Origin: Ruditapes philippinarum
Taxonomy: Eukaryota
NCBI RefSeq assembly: GCF_026571515.1
Contig: NW_026852821.1
Coordinates: 62,001 to 126,000 of the forward strand
Length of the DNA: 64,000 bases
Direction of reading: 5' to 3'
Numbering within the stretch: position 1 is the stretch's first letter; each line of letters opens with the position of its first letter. The notes under the pieces were generated by a model. It had not been told where the DNA came from, made no database searches, and was given only the letters and a program-made list of their open reading frames with translations. The position numbers and the translations under genes are program-made. Shown here in pieces: positions 12,905-25,128 of the stretch.

Positions 12905-15900
12905 GTAAGAGTTTAGATTTTATTCTTATTAATTCTGCTTTATATTCTGAATTGTTGGATACATTTAACAGCTGACTGAAATATGAATATAAAATGCAAA
13001 AGTATATGTCCAACTTTTATTGGTTTGTTATAAAGTATTAAAATTTACAATCTGCCTTCTTTACCTGACAGACTAGTTATTGAAAAAAATAATAAAAGAC
13101 ACCAAAATAAAAAAAACATGACATGGTTATATTAAAAATAATATATATTTTTCATATATAGGCAAAATGATGTCGTCACTAATTTGGTTTGTTAAATGAG
13201 GTATTATGATAATGAGGAGTCCGGATGAATGGCAAAAAATATTAAATTTGTCAGTATGAGGTACTTTCCAAATAGATTATAATAGCTGTATTTCGGTAGA
13301 TACTGTATATTTTGGTATATAATTTTTGATATATACGGAATAAAACATATTCTGGATAGTCAGATAAATTTCATAATTTCTTCGATATATTTTTCAAGTA
13401 AAATGAATTATACGTCAACTTTTATAGTGAAATATATAGGTCATAAGTTCAACGCGAAGAACATTAGAGTTTCCTGTTCTTAGAAACTGCTATCACATGA
13501 CATAACATTTATGTTTGATTGGCATGAGAAAAATATAAATTTCTGACGTTTGTCGCTTAAATGCTTTCTTTAAATCTTGGAGATAGAACATATTATTGTT
13601 TTAAGAATGTTCTAACAAATGAATGGAGATTGATTAAAGAATTATCGAGAAATTACGTCAATGGTGTCATTATTTATTTTGGCATGCAAATATAGAGTAA
13701 TATGAAACAAATATCTTATTATATGAAAACAAAAATAAAGAGCGTGTGTTTCATGAATCACGCGATGATATTTGTTTGACTTAGTTTGAATTGACCTTTT
13801 TGTGCTCGTTTGGTTATATTTATGCTTCAAAAATAAAGGATATGAAGAGTGTTAATACAATGCGCAAAATGTTAATGAATTCAGTTACTTCATAATTATC
13901 ATCATTATTATTCTTAATTAGGATATGGCTTTCAAGAAATAGAAATAATGTTGTCACATGTTTGAAAATGTATGTGAAGTTGCTACAAAATAAATTATTT
14001 AAATGATTGTTTTTAGATATTTTCCAGTAGCTAAATGGGATATGCTTAAATAATAAAGTTGTTCGGCCCTATTTAACAATATGTTTGAAAATGTTTTACA
14101 TGTGGATGAGTTTTTTATTTTATATCTTATGGAACAATTTAAAAAAAATCAAAACATATTTTATCTATTTGTCACTGCCATTTTAGTGCTTATTAATCTT
14201 AGCAGATTCCATCGACTACAAGTATAAACATATCAGAACTGTACAATACTTCAAATTTAAGGCACCCTAGCAAGCCACACTATACGAACAGTCAAAAAGA
14301 AAGAATTTTACTGCAATACGCCCCATTGCGTCACAAAATGTTACCAAATATAGGTTTTACGAAATCGGCAGAGAGAGACAAGAGCTGCTCCGGATTATAT
14401 ACGAAAGTGCGCTGCATTAGACAAGTTTTAACTATTAAGTTGGTTACGAAATCCGGCAAATTGATTTTACTGCAAGAATTTAATGACACCAAACATATCA
14501 CCAGCTGATAATTAATATGTGTGTGCTGCCTTAGCAATTTTGTTTCTAATATTATCAAATTTAATAAATCTAATATAACATTTTCGTGATGTTTCTATTC
14601 AAATGCGTTATGTTTTTTTCCTGTTTCCATAAAATTTCACAATATAATCAGCGATAATTATGACAGCAAAAGGTTTGTTTATTTGCATGCTTCTTTCAAC
14701 GGGAAATGCGCAAAATAGTATTTCTTATTTATGTTGTAAAACAAACATTTGAGACAACTTTTTATATCTATTTCTATTTTGTATTTTATTAACCTTGAAA
14801 ATTGTTATAAAATAAGCAGAGGATTCTTTTCATTTTAAAAGAAAGTTTGGAAGAACTTAGTATATTATATATTATATGATATTCTATTCTTCAACCCACG
14901 CGGGACAGCCACACATGAGCACATTCACTAGTCTAAGACAACTTTAGTGTGTCAGTAACTCGATTCTCTGTCACAGTTGTGTTGTCAGACCTTTCAGCAG
15001 CGTCCATTGCGATTACGTTGGGCTGTTGTCGGTAGTGTGAGTTATGGCATATATAAATAATTTCCGTTTTTGGACTGCCTTTCCAGTCACCAAATGAAAT
15101 TAAATGAAAATGCCAACACGCATCTTGTTTTCATTGACATATTTCACATTGTTGTCTATTAGGAAAAAAAGCTTATTAAGACTGAAGTATACAAAAATTC
15201 AAACACAAATTTTAAGTGTTAGTCTAAGATACAAACACGATGAAGCATTATAGCAAAATAACTGTAATACGAAAACGTGTTTCAAGCATTATATATCTAA
15301 ATAATTTCATGGTTATTTTCCATGATCTCCTGTAAAAGGACACTCCATGTATGCGCATAAGATTACATTGTGGTTAAAGCTTTATCTTCTTTGCACATTC
15401 TTTTTTAATATTTTTTTCGTCACCTATCAAAATGGTAAAGGCTAATAAATGCTCATTAACGCTTGCTTACAAGCAAACAAATTAATAACAACATTCATTA
15501 TTTGTGTTAACTATTATTATTGCATCATAATTTGATCATGACAAAGGCATTAATGTAATGCAGTAAAGAATTAATTTCATCTTAAAAATTAATTAAACTT
15601 AATGTCTGGCACAGTTGGATAGGCGCCTTTTTTAATGTAAGCCATTTAATGTATTAACTTATATGAAATTGTGAACGTTATTCTATATATTAGAACTTTC
15701 ATTGTACTTTAGTCTTCCTATATAATGCAAGTTAGGTGCACCTTAAAGTTTATGTGTACTTTCCGGTAGATCTTACACCAGGTTTATAAATTGGATTAAA
15801 TGATGATGCAAAAAATAAGGCTTTTAAATTTTGTTTTATAGTTGAAATTAGATACAAGCAGTGCATTTACATCCAGTTTTTATTTTATTTTTTCATTTTA

Positions 15901-18900
15901 TTGATTGAATTTAATAGATAATGTCTTAAAAAGTAGGTAAAATGGTAAAATATGTTTTCAAGATATTGCTCGGTAAAAATAGATACTACAATTATTGTTA
16001 AAATATGAGGCGAAATGACAAGTTTACAAACGAACGACGTTATATCGGGTAAGAATTTCACAAAAAAATCGATTTTTATTTTTCTACTGGTTATACATTG
16101 ATCTATTTGATAAAAATACATTCCATGTTTTAAACTTTTGAGCCCAAATAAAACTCCTTTAATTTTGAGCTTTTTTCTTGGGGGCTGAGGGGATTGGTGG
16201 GGGGGATTACGTCGCACCAACAGAGTGTTCCCCATGTCAGTTCGACGTAGTACACTTAAAATTAATTAACTGGAGTGCAGCCTCTTACAGCCTCTGAAAT
16301 GAAATAAAATTTCGCTCAATTAAATATTAAACTTGATATTGAAGTGAAATAAATATTTTTTCTTTTCTAAATTTAAAGTCAAAGTAACCCGGGTGATCAA
16401 AAATATATAATTGGTCACAACGTTAACTTTGTTGAATGAACAAAAGACATTCATAATTGGAAACAAAACAACCCTATTGTCTTCAAAAGCAAAGTCTTAA
16501 AAAAACATACACAAGTATGTGCTTCATTGGATGTCAAAATATAATATTTAAGTAAAATGAAATCTCTTTTTGTGCAAAGTCCCTAACAATTATGAAAAGG
16601 ATAATTTACTGTCATTGGCAGAAACCCTTGTTTTAAAATAATTCCTGCAGCATACGCTGACATTATTTTATGTTTTATAATTTACACACTGTTCCAATTT
16701 ACTAACCTCATGTCTTAAAGTATTTAAAAACGTAAAATAAACTTCATTTTGAACCATATTTGAAGTTTTTTGTAGCACAAACGGACTTGCATCATAGTTT
16801 ATATTTCATAACACCATATACTGTAAATTCATTAGTATTGGGTGGGGGTAATTATTGTGGCTTTTGTGTATACTTATAGGAATCTAGGAATTTCAGTATT
16901 TAATTGAGCGAAATTTTATTTCGTTTCAGAGGCTGTAAAATATTTTGTAATACATTACTTGCATTTTCCCTATTCCAAAAAAAAAACCAACAACAAAAAA
17001 AAAAGAACAACAAACATGTAATTAACACACTTGTTATACATGATTTGAATTTAAAAAAAATGTATGCGCTGAAAACAAAAAACATACACAAAAAACCAAC
17101 AACAAACACCATGCAATGCTAGTAATTTATGATTTATAGTATCTGAAAAGTTGAGCAAAATAACGATAAATCTATTTGAACGTTCCCTTTAGTTGTGCAC
17201 GCAAAAGTCTCCCAAAAAGTTGTTAAGTTCGCTCTGTTATTACGTGTACTCATATAAAGCTATTACCTAAACATGCATGATTGTAATTAATCATTCTTGA
17301 CAAATCTCTTTAGGAATTATCTGAATGCACAACTGAGCTGCCTACCATGCAATACTATACAAAATTGCTCTCAAATTTTAAAATTTATTCCTAAATAAAA
17401 AAGTTTTTTCTCTCAGAATTGAAAACCTCATGGCATATAAACCATGAAAACTAAATCATTGTATTGCAAATAGTTCTTGCAAGAACAGAAACATATCAAT
17501 CGTCTGAAACAAGTGGAGTTAAATTAGATATTTTTTGCGCAGGAAGTGACGTTTTAAGTTTTCTCTAATGATGTTCTTTTTTCGTATTTATTTTATAAAC
17601 CGACATATCTTCATTACGAAGAAAGAGTTAATGATACTTATAAAGAATCCCTGGAAGTTATTCTTTACAACTCACTGCAAACGCCTTTTTGCACTCATTA
17701 AAGAGAAATTTAGACTGTCACTATGGTAATCTGATATGTTTTATATGTTTATTGCCTAAACCTGGTGGCTAACTTATATCATTTATGCAGCATAGACGGC
17801 AACAAGACATAACACGGTAAAAAGTGTTGTTTTGTATAATTTAACATTAGTATATAGATATAGATTAACGTATTAGCGCAAAATTATAATTAGCATACTA
17901 AGGGATTGGTCAAAACACCAAAGCTTTATGTGGTATTTTCCTATAGCTATGAACATTCTTCAAACGAGACAGATGTTTTGTATCTTTGTACATGAAATCC
18001 AAAATTACAAATACAAAATTATAATGTAAATACATGTACGGTTGGAATAGAAGTTATATAAATATTATCAAGGGCCTTTTCCTAGATGTATTGTCATGGT
18101 TTTGACTTGAATGTTGCAAGGATGTGCATTAAAACGGGCTCAAAATCGTGCAAAACATGATATAAGTCTGAGTTTATTTCTTTATTATCATGTGTTCTTC
18201 ATTTTAAGTGCATCATTCGAATGATCTATGTAAAAATTAAAATATTTATATATTATGCATTTTTAGTACAGTGAAACTCCTTTAATCAAATCATTTGTCT
18301 TCATTAACTCTAAAAATTGTTTTCAAGTTATTTGTTTCCTTCTACATTTTTTATCTGGAATCATTTACATGTTCTAAATCAACATTATACAGAATGTTAT
18401 AACGTATTCTTTGAAAATATTGTATTTCACATTTCTTTCTGGCAATTTCTTGTGTTTGTAATTAAGTCGATTCACTTGCTGTTTACTAGGCTAGACCATT
18501 TTCTAAGTTCAAGAAAAACTTTGGCAACAAAGGTAAATAATGAGTGTGTGGTTTAACGACATTTTCTGATAAGAGAAAGAGTGTATCATTCGTTTCGGAT
18601 ACATTTCCTGTGCGAATGAAGTTCAGATGAATAGTGAAGGAAAAAAACATTATTGCTATATCAACACTTGTCAATAGTAAAAATGAGCTTTATAGAGGAA
18701 ATAGTAGGAGTATGTTTTGACGAAACAAGATTATAATTATTATAATTCATAAAAGTCTCTGCATCAAGGAAATTCTTAAACAACAAAAATTAAATCGCGG
18801 AATGTTTCCCAAAATCATAATTCTTTATCCTAAAAATATAACTGTAATTGTTAAAATTTGAATGAAATGAACGTATCAATGCTTTGTCATTAGATCTTTT

Positions 18901-21426
18901 AAATTTATTGGAAAGTAATTGATTTCAATTATAGCGAAAAATATTAGCCGCCAAGGAAAAAGGAACGTGTGGTTAATTTTGTTCAAAGTCAAAGTCAATT
19001 TGTCGAAGTTGATTTGTACTTCTTTTTTTATAGAAAAATTACGCACAAATATAATTTGTATTTCCACTTTTTATTGAAATATTAAGAGCAAACGAGTGTG
19101 TATGTAAAATAACTGTCTTTGGTTTACATAATATGATAGGATGTGATGCAATATTATAATAAGAAATGTTTGATTTGACAATATCAATATAGATTAATAT
19201 ACGCCAATGTCTTTTGTTAATAGAAATGACCATGGAAAAACAACGTTACAAATCGTTTAAGCAACCCAATCTTAAATCATTTTTCGATTTATAAAAAACA
19301 TCATTACATGATGTATAAATTACTAATTCGGACAGCATTCTTTCAATCAAAAATAGTTTTTCTTCGCATTTTTATAATTACCTAGGAACATATTATATGC
19401 TGTATACTTGTAAATAAAGTCTGCACTTTCCAAATGTGTGATTAGTGTTTGCTTGTGTGATAGAAGGAAATCGGACAGCTCTGAAAAATGTGTACAGAAG
19501 ACCCTTTTTTGGTATTCAATGCAAAACTAATTTTATGAATATTCAGGTGAATATTTAAACATATGGACATGTCTTATATGATATTTCATTAACTAGGCCC
19601 CTAGACTTGGATATTTTTCAGCCTATTACACAATAATTGTATTATACTCCTTTTAAAATTTAATAAAGTGTGCACTATTCGGTTATAACATTTTTGAAGT
19701 AATGGAAATCTTAAAAGGTTTCAATACTTTATTTTTATTTTGTGTTAATAAATAGAAACAAATAAATAAATTAAATAATTGCATGTTTCGTAATCGATTT
19801 TTTTCCTATGTTAGACACTGGTGCAATTTCAACAATATTGATTTTAAATGTATGCTAAAATTGTTCTTACTTTAAAAAGAAAGAAAAATAAGCATTACAA
19901 TTTTGTCAGATATATATGTGTACAATATGCATCACTGAAACCTAAACTTATACTTAATGGTGTTTGTTAAGTTACAAAAAATCAGTTATTGAAGAGAAAA
20001 TAATTCAAACATACAGTCATTTAAACCTTTACGTTAAACTATGACACTTAGTAAAAATTTATAGATTAAGTACAAAAGGTCTTTAATTTGAAGCAAACAC
20101 TATTTCAAAGACTGACTTTACATTCAAGCTAATTAATTTTCTGATAAAGTGATTTTGCAGGTGATCTTAAAAAACACAAGCAAGAAACTTGAAGCTTTGT
20201 GTTGTCTGAGTTGTTAGCAGACAGAAATTAATTTTAAGACAGGTATAGATAAGTATCAAAGATCAAAGAGTGGGAAAGTATAGCAGTAACTGTTATGTTT
20301 ATTGTGGATATTTTTGTTCACCCTAATATGCCAATTTCTGGGTGTTCTTCGAAACTTATCTCAATAAATTGAAAATGTCTAGCATAAGTAAAAAACATCA
20401 ATGTATAATCATTTAAAAGATACATTTTTGTTTCTGGTAAATAAATTAACAAAAACATGACTTTCCAAAAATACATTTTTGTGTTATAAAATAGCTTATT
20501 TTATACACAGGAATATTATAAGAGTTGAATAAAAAGTTTGTCATACGGCGTCAGTATAATATAGATCCACGAAATAAATAAATATTCAGTATTTGAATGA
20601 TTGTTTCTTTTAAACACTGATAATCATATCGCTGTTTTTCAATAAAACACAAGCAAACTCAAGTACTACTTAAAGTAAAATTGTAAAATTGGTCTTCAAC
20701 GAAATATCTGCAACACAGTGAATAATTACTATAATCATATTTACATGTATTATTAGACATAACAAATTATACATGTAATTATATAAGTTGTTGGCTTGTG
20801 TGCGATACATGATTTCATATATCTATATAGAAGATAATAAAATGTTCTAGAACACAATATTTATATTTTAGAATATATTGGCATTTTTTTCAATTCAAGC
20901 AACATTTCACAAGAACATCTAAATGATACTATACTATTGTCTTGATCTATATGTAAAAAATCTTTTGGAAATTTTCCCATTGTAGACCTATCCACTTAAT
21001 TATATACTTAATATTAATATTGTAATAAAATGCCAATGCAATGAAATGAGCCGTGTTATAATAACTTATGTAAATTTAATTACAATCCAGTTTCTACAGG
21101 AAACATGTTCTAAGACAAAAAGTTTTATTTTTTTTAAGTTCAAAATCCCATGTTAGCAAATGAAAAAATCCTTTGAGGGCATGATTGAGGTAAGTAAAAT
21201 ATGTTCATTTCAATTCAGTGTGACGTCATACATCAAAGAGAGGTATTAACATTGTCAACAAAGTAGTTTGAAGCAATGTATTTTTATAGCATTTTTGAAT
21301 GATATAATTATGTTGGTACTGTGAATGTTAACATAAGATGTGAAGTATATGATCATTTTCTGCGCTAGTTTTAATTTGACCTACCGATCCTTTGTAAATA
21401 ATGTCACTATTTCCAAAAACGTCTTT

Positions 21427-21750
21427 TAAAGGCATATTATGCCTCAAAATACAATATTTGTTTAATTATTTAGAAATATCAAACATTTGTTTAGTAATAT
21501 TTGCATATGGTTTAAGAGCATGTTGGATGTTAAACAACTGAAGAAGTACCGCTGAGCATGCTTCATAAAGGATACAAAATGTAAAAAGTTTATTTTGACT
21601 TCAATTCATTATAATTATAACAAGTGCCAACTGACCAAAAAAAGAAAACGATAGCCTAGGGTTTTATAGATATTATGGAAACTGTAAGATACCAAGAAGT
21701 ATTTTAAGAAATAAAAAATATTGCATTAATGAGGCATTATGGACCATTAA
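21427..21750. mobile_element. Probable TTAA-flanked MITE (copies at ~30595-30910 and ~49149-49490)
   Basis: Imperfect TIRs ttaaaggcatattatgcctca / tgaggcattatggaccattaa. Internal similarity to 30595-30910 and 49149-49490. Confidence 0.5.
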
Positions 21751-22074
21751 AGGACTCCACCGAGGACTTTTGATAGCATGACTCGAAATATATTGAGATG
21801 TGTTTATTATTTGATGGAGGAACCAATTACTTAATTGCAAAAAATATCATATCATCATTGTTTCACTTTTTCAAGAATAATCATTTTTTGTATGAAACAA
21901 AAAAATCGAAAGATTGAAAAGGCTTTAAACCCTGGCAAGTATTGCACTAAACAAATCATTTAAGGTTCATTTCTTTATGTTTTATAACAATTTGCATATT
22001 TTTCTGTATGTAAGAGATAGAAAAATATGTCTTAGGCTTTTGGACCTCGATGCAGTTCCCTTGAAACTTATTCT

Positions 22075-22225
22075 ACGAAACTGTTTTTTACGATTTTATA
22101 TTTAAGTGCAGTAGGGTTTGAATCTCTAGATTATATGTCTGGTACTTATCGTACCGATTTCACATGAAGAGTCAGGCTTATGCCCCTCTCCTGGAGAGCT
22201 CGATCCTCCGATTTCTGGATCTAAA
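22075..22225 (-). mobile_element. Old SINE fragment (3.2-kb family) within duplication unit 1
   Basis: Reverse complement 'cctgactcttcatgtgaaatcggtac' resembles the 3.2-kb SINE body. Shared with unit 2, so it predates the duplication. Confidence 0.5.
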
Positions 22226-24367
22226 GAAATATATTTTAATAACCAAAAATCACAGTTTTATATTCGAGGTAACAAAAGTTTCTGTACTGATATAATATAA
22301 TCATGGTTCTTTTGTATTGTATATTAGCGGAATTTATATGTCTAGTCGACAGAAAATGCGACACTAGCTAGTTTTGACTCGTTAATCACTTGTTTACTCG
22401 ATACTTTTCTCTCTGAAGTATGATAAATATATGATATCATAAGCTTTTTGTCTGGAAATAAATAAGATAATGATACCATACGATAAATACAAAAGGAAAC
22501 CGCAAAACAGACGACAACTGTGATTACAGAATGTTATTCAGATTGATAAGTAGCATTATAGTAAGGTATCTATAATATTGTATAATGTTACAGAATATAT
22601 AAAAAAGAATAATTATATTTCCGCAAACAATTTTTGAAAGTCAACCAGCATTCAAGTCTTTTCGTATTGATATTTAATGTATGTATATTTTCTTGAAATT
22701 ATGTTTCTTATTTTACTTTAAATTAATGGAGATACCTGAAATATTGACAGTTGTTTTAGGCAAAGAATAAATATAAAAAATAAAAAATAAAAACTCTTAA
22801 CTCTTTGTTTTAGAAGTATAAAATAAGAAAAAGATACTCGGTACATTTAACATTATAGAATGGCAGTGACCTACGGCGATCAACGAACCAAACTTGTCTT
22901 TTAAAAGATCCATCCCGACCAAGACATTTATTTGAACGACAAACTTTGACATGCGTTCTTTCGTCAACAAGGTGAATTTCGAATTCAAATAATCTAAATC
23001 GAAACGTTTAGAGTCATGAAAGGAGATATGTATTATGTGACAGAACACTCAATGTGATTGTATACTGCAAAGTCATCATTGTTCGCGGGGCACCAATGAA
23101 AGCTTTTGCTTTTATTTCCATCTGTATCACATGCATAAGCACGGAAAGCATCAAATAAATACTCAATGATTAAAAGAGGTGTGTATTGGGCTTGTCTCTT
23201 ACCGTATGACCATAGGTTGATTTGACTTGTAGTTGCCTTACATGTGACGCTATGCACTAAATACATCAACAATGTGTATGTGTAGTATTTTGATAGTTCT
23301 GAGAATTTGCAGAAGGTATAAAGTTGTCAACTCCAACTATTGAGAAAATATTTAATTGCTCCAACAAAGCAAATGAAATAAATGCAAACATATGCATTTT
23401 TTTCAGACTGAACAGATTTGTTTTGAATATTAACTTCTCGTAACAAATCTTAATAGTTTTGCCTTATATCATTTCCGTCTTTGATAATGGGTTTCGTTAA
23501 TGTTGATAAAATTTGCATATAGATTAATGTTTAAATTTGATGAAAGTCAGAATATTTCAAAGGACAATTGAACGGACATATGGATAATAATAAAAAACAG
23601 ATTAAAATATTAGAGACATTATCTTAAGAGGATTATTTACTCGTCAGTGTTTTTTTAGTTAGTGAAAGACTAACCTACGAAAACTAAAAGTAATCAACTG
23701 AAAGTAGTGTAAATTCATTTCCATTTTATTTTATATTTGATTTGATTCCAATTTATATTCTCTTACAAGGTTAATGACAACATTATTAAATTATTACATT
23801 TCTTTTTTTATTTCTACACACAACTTACACCATTTAAAGATAATTTATTTATACAAAGAAAACGTTCATGTTGACTTAAATATGATTTTTGAATATTGTA
23901 AATAAAATACAAAGGACCTATTATGATACAAAATGAATGTAGAAAGATCAGTTGTTCATATATTTTGTTATTGCCACTCATGTCTATATCGAGTTCACTA
24001 CTTTTACTGCTGGAGGTAGAAAAAGGGGCAAAAATAATAATTGTTCCCTAATGCTACATAATGATGCTTCGATTTTATAGCATTTTATGTGCATACAATC
24101 TTATCTATAAAATGCTGTAGGAATAAATTGTATCATCTCTCTAATATTGGATATCTTAATGGATTTAATCAGTTATTAAAGAGGTATCCTTAGGCTGTTG
24201 TTTTACATCACTTTATACACTAAACTGCTTGTGTTTATGACGTTCCTAAAAAACAGCGATTAAACGTATATTAAACCGATATTAATTTGATGTAAAATGT
24301 AACGAGATTGCAAAATGCGCATTATATCTGTTTTATACACTTTTTGTGCACAAAGGTACTCAGGAGA

Positions 24368-24660
24368 AAAGCAATGTACCATGAAACCTGTAAAATGATA
24401 CACGTAAAAATTAAATAGCTTGTTCAATACAAATAAATCATATATTTAATCAGCTTCTGTTTAATGTAACACCATTAAATATTCGCATTTTCTTCTCGGT
24501 TTCAACAAGCTTGATTTAATCAAACAAAAACACTAGTCGTGGTTTAACGAGGTCTGGTCTAGGAGATCGTTAAGACTGAATTTATGCTCCCGTATCAAAT
24601 ATTTTCTTTTATTGGAAAACACTCTTAGTTTGGTACTTGTGAAGAAAAGAAGAAATTTAT
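24368..24660 (+). promoter_or_regulatory. Putative proximal promoter/5'UTR of exon B (near-identical copy at 34029-34321 before exon C)
   Basis: 3 mismatches over ~293 bp between the units, ending 90-130 bp upstream of each ATG. Function is inferred from position only. Confidence 0.4.
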
Positions 24661-24749
24661 CTTAAAATAAGTTTTGTTGTATTTAAACATAAACTATTTG
24701 GTCAGAAAAAGAAATATTCAGCGATTGACTATATTTATTATCATTTGAA

Positions 24750-25128
24750 ATGGAGTTTAACAAAACGCATGGATATTCTTCTTCGGAAAATGGAAGCGTT
24801 AACTTTAACTTAGGGTTTAATAATAAATTTAATGACAATGGTACAGACCTTCCGGACTTTGAATCACCGAGATTGAAAACGGAAGATATAATTACTTTAC
24901 CACTTTATTCTTTGATATTTGTTCTATCCCTTGCGGGCAATGTATTAGTTATTATGACATTGGTTCAAAATAAACGTATGCGAACCATAACAAATATGTT
25001 TCTCTTGAACTTGTCTGTCAGTGATCTTCTGTTGGCGGTATTCTGTATGCCGTTTACCATCGTGCCAATTATGTTGAAGAATTTTATCTTTGGAGCAATG
25101 ATGTGCGTATTGATTAGATACATGCAAA
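24750..25128 (+). CDS. CCK-receptor-like GPCR, first coding exon copy B
   Basis: Same motifs (GNVLVIMTLVQNKRMRTITNMFLLNLSVSDLLLAVFCMPFT...FIFGAMMC). In-frame TGA at 24726 upstream of the ATG. Consensus donor A|GTAAGT at 25129, phase 1. Confidence 0.9.

Noticed and set aside
12718-13013. Antisense ORFs over the GPCR exons (also 24945-25139, 34644-34838)
   Set aside because: Shadow frames of the conserved + strand exons with no independent protein features.
14257-14534. Possible TTAA-type MITE
   Set aside because: Terminal inverted match is only ~7 bp, and there is no second copy in the window.
22797-23272. Minus-strand ORFs similar to 32058-32576
   Set aside because: Frames are not preserved between duplicates, and there is no recognisable domain.
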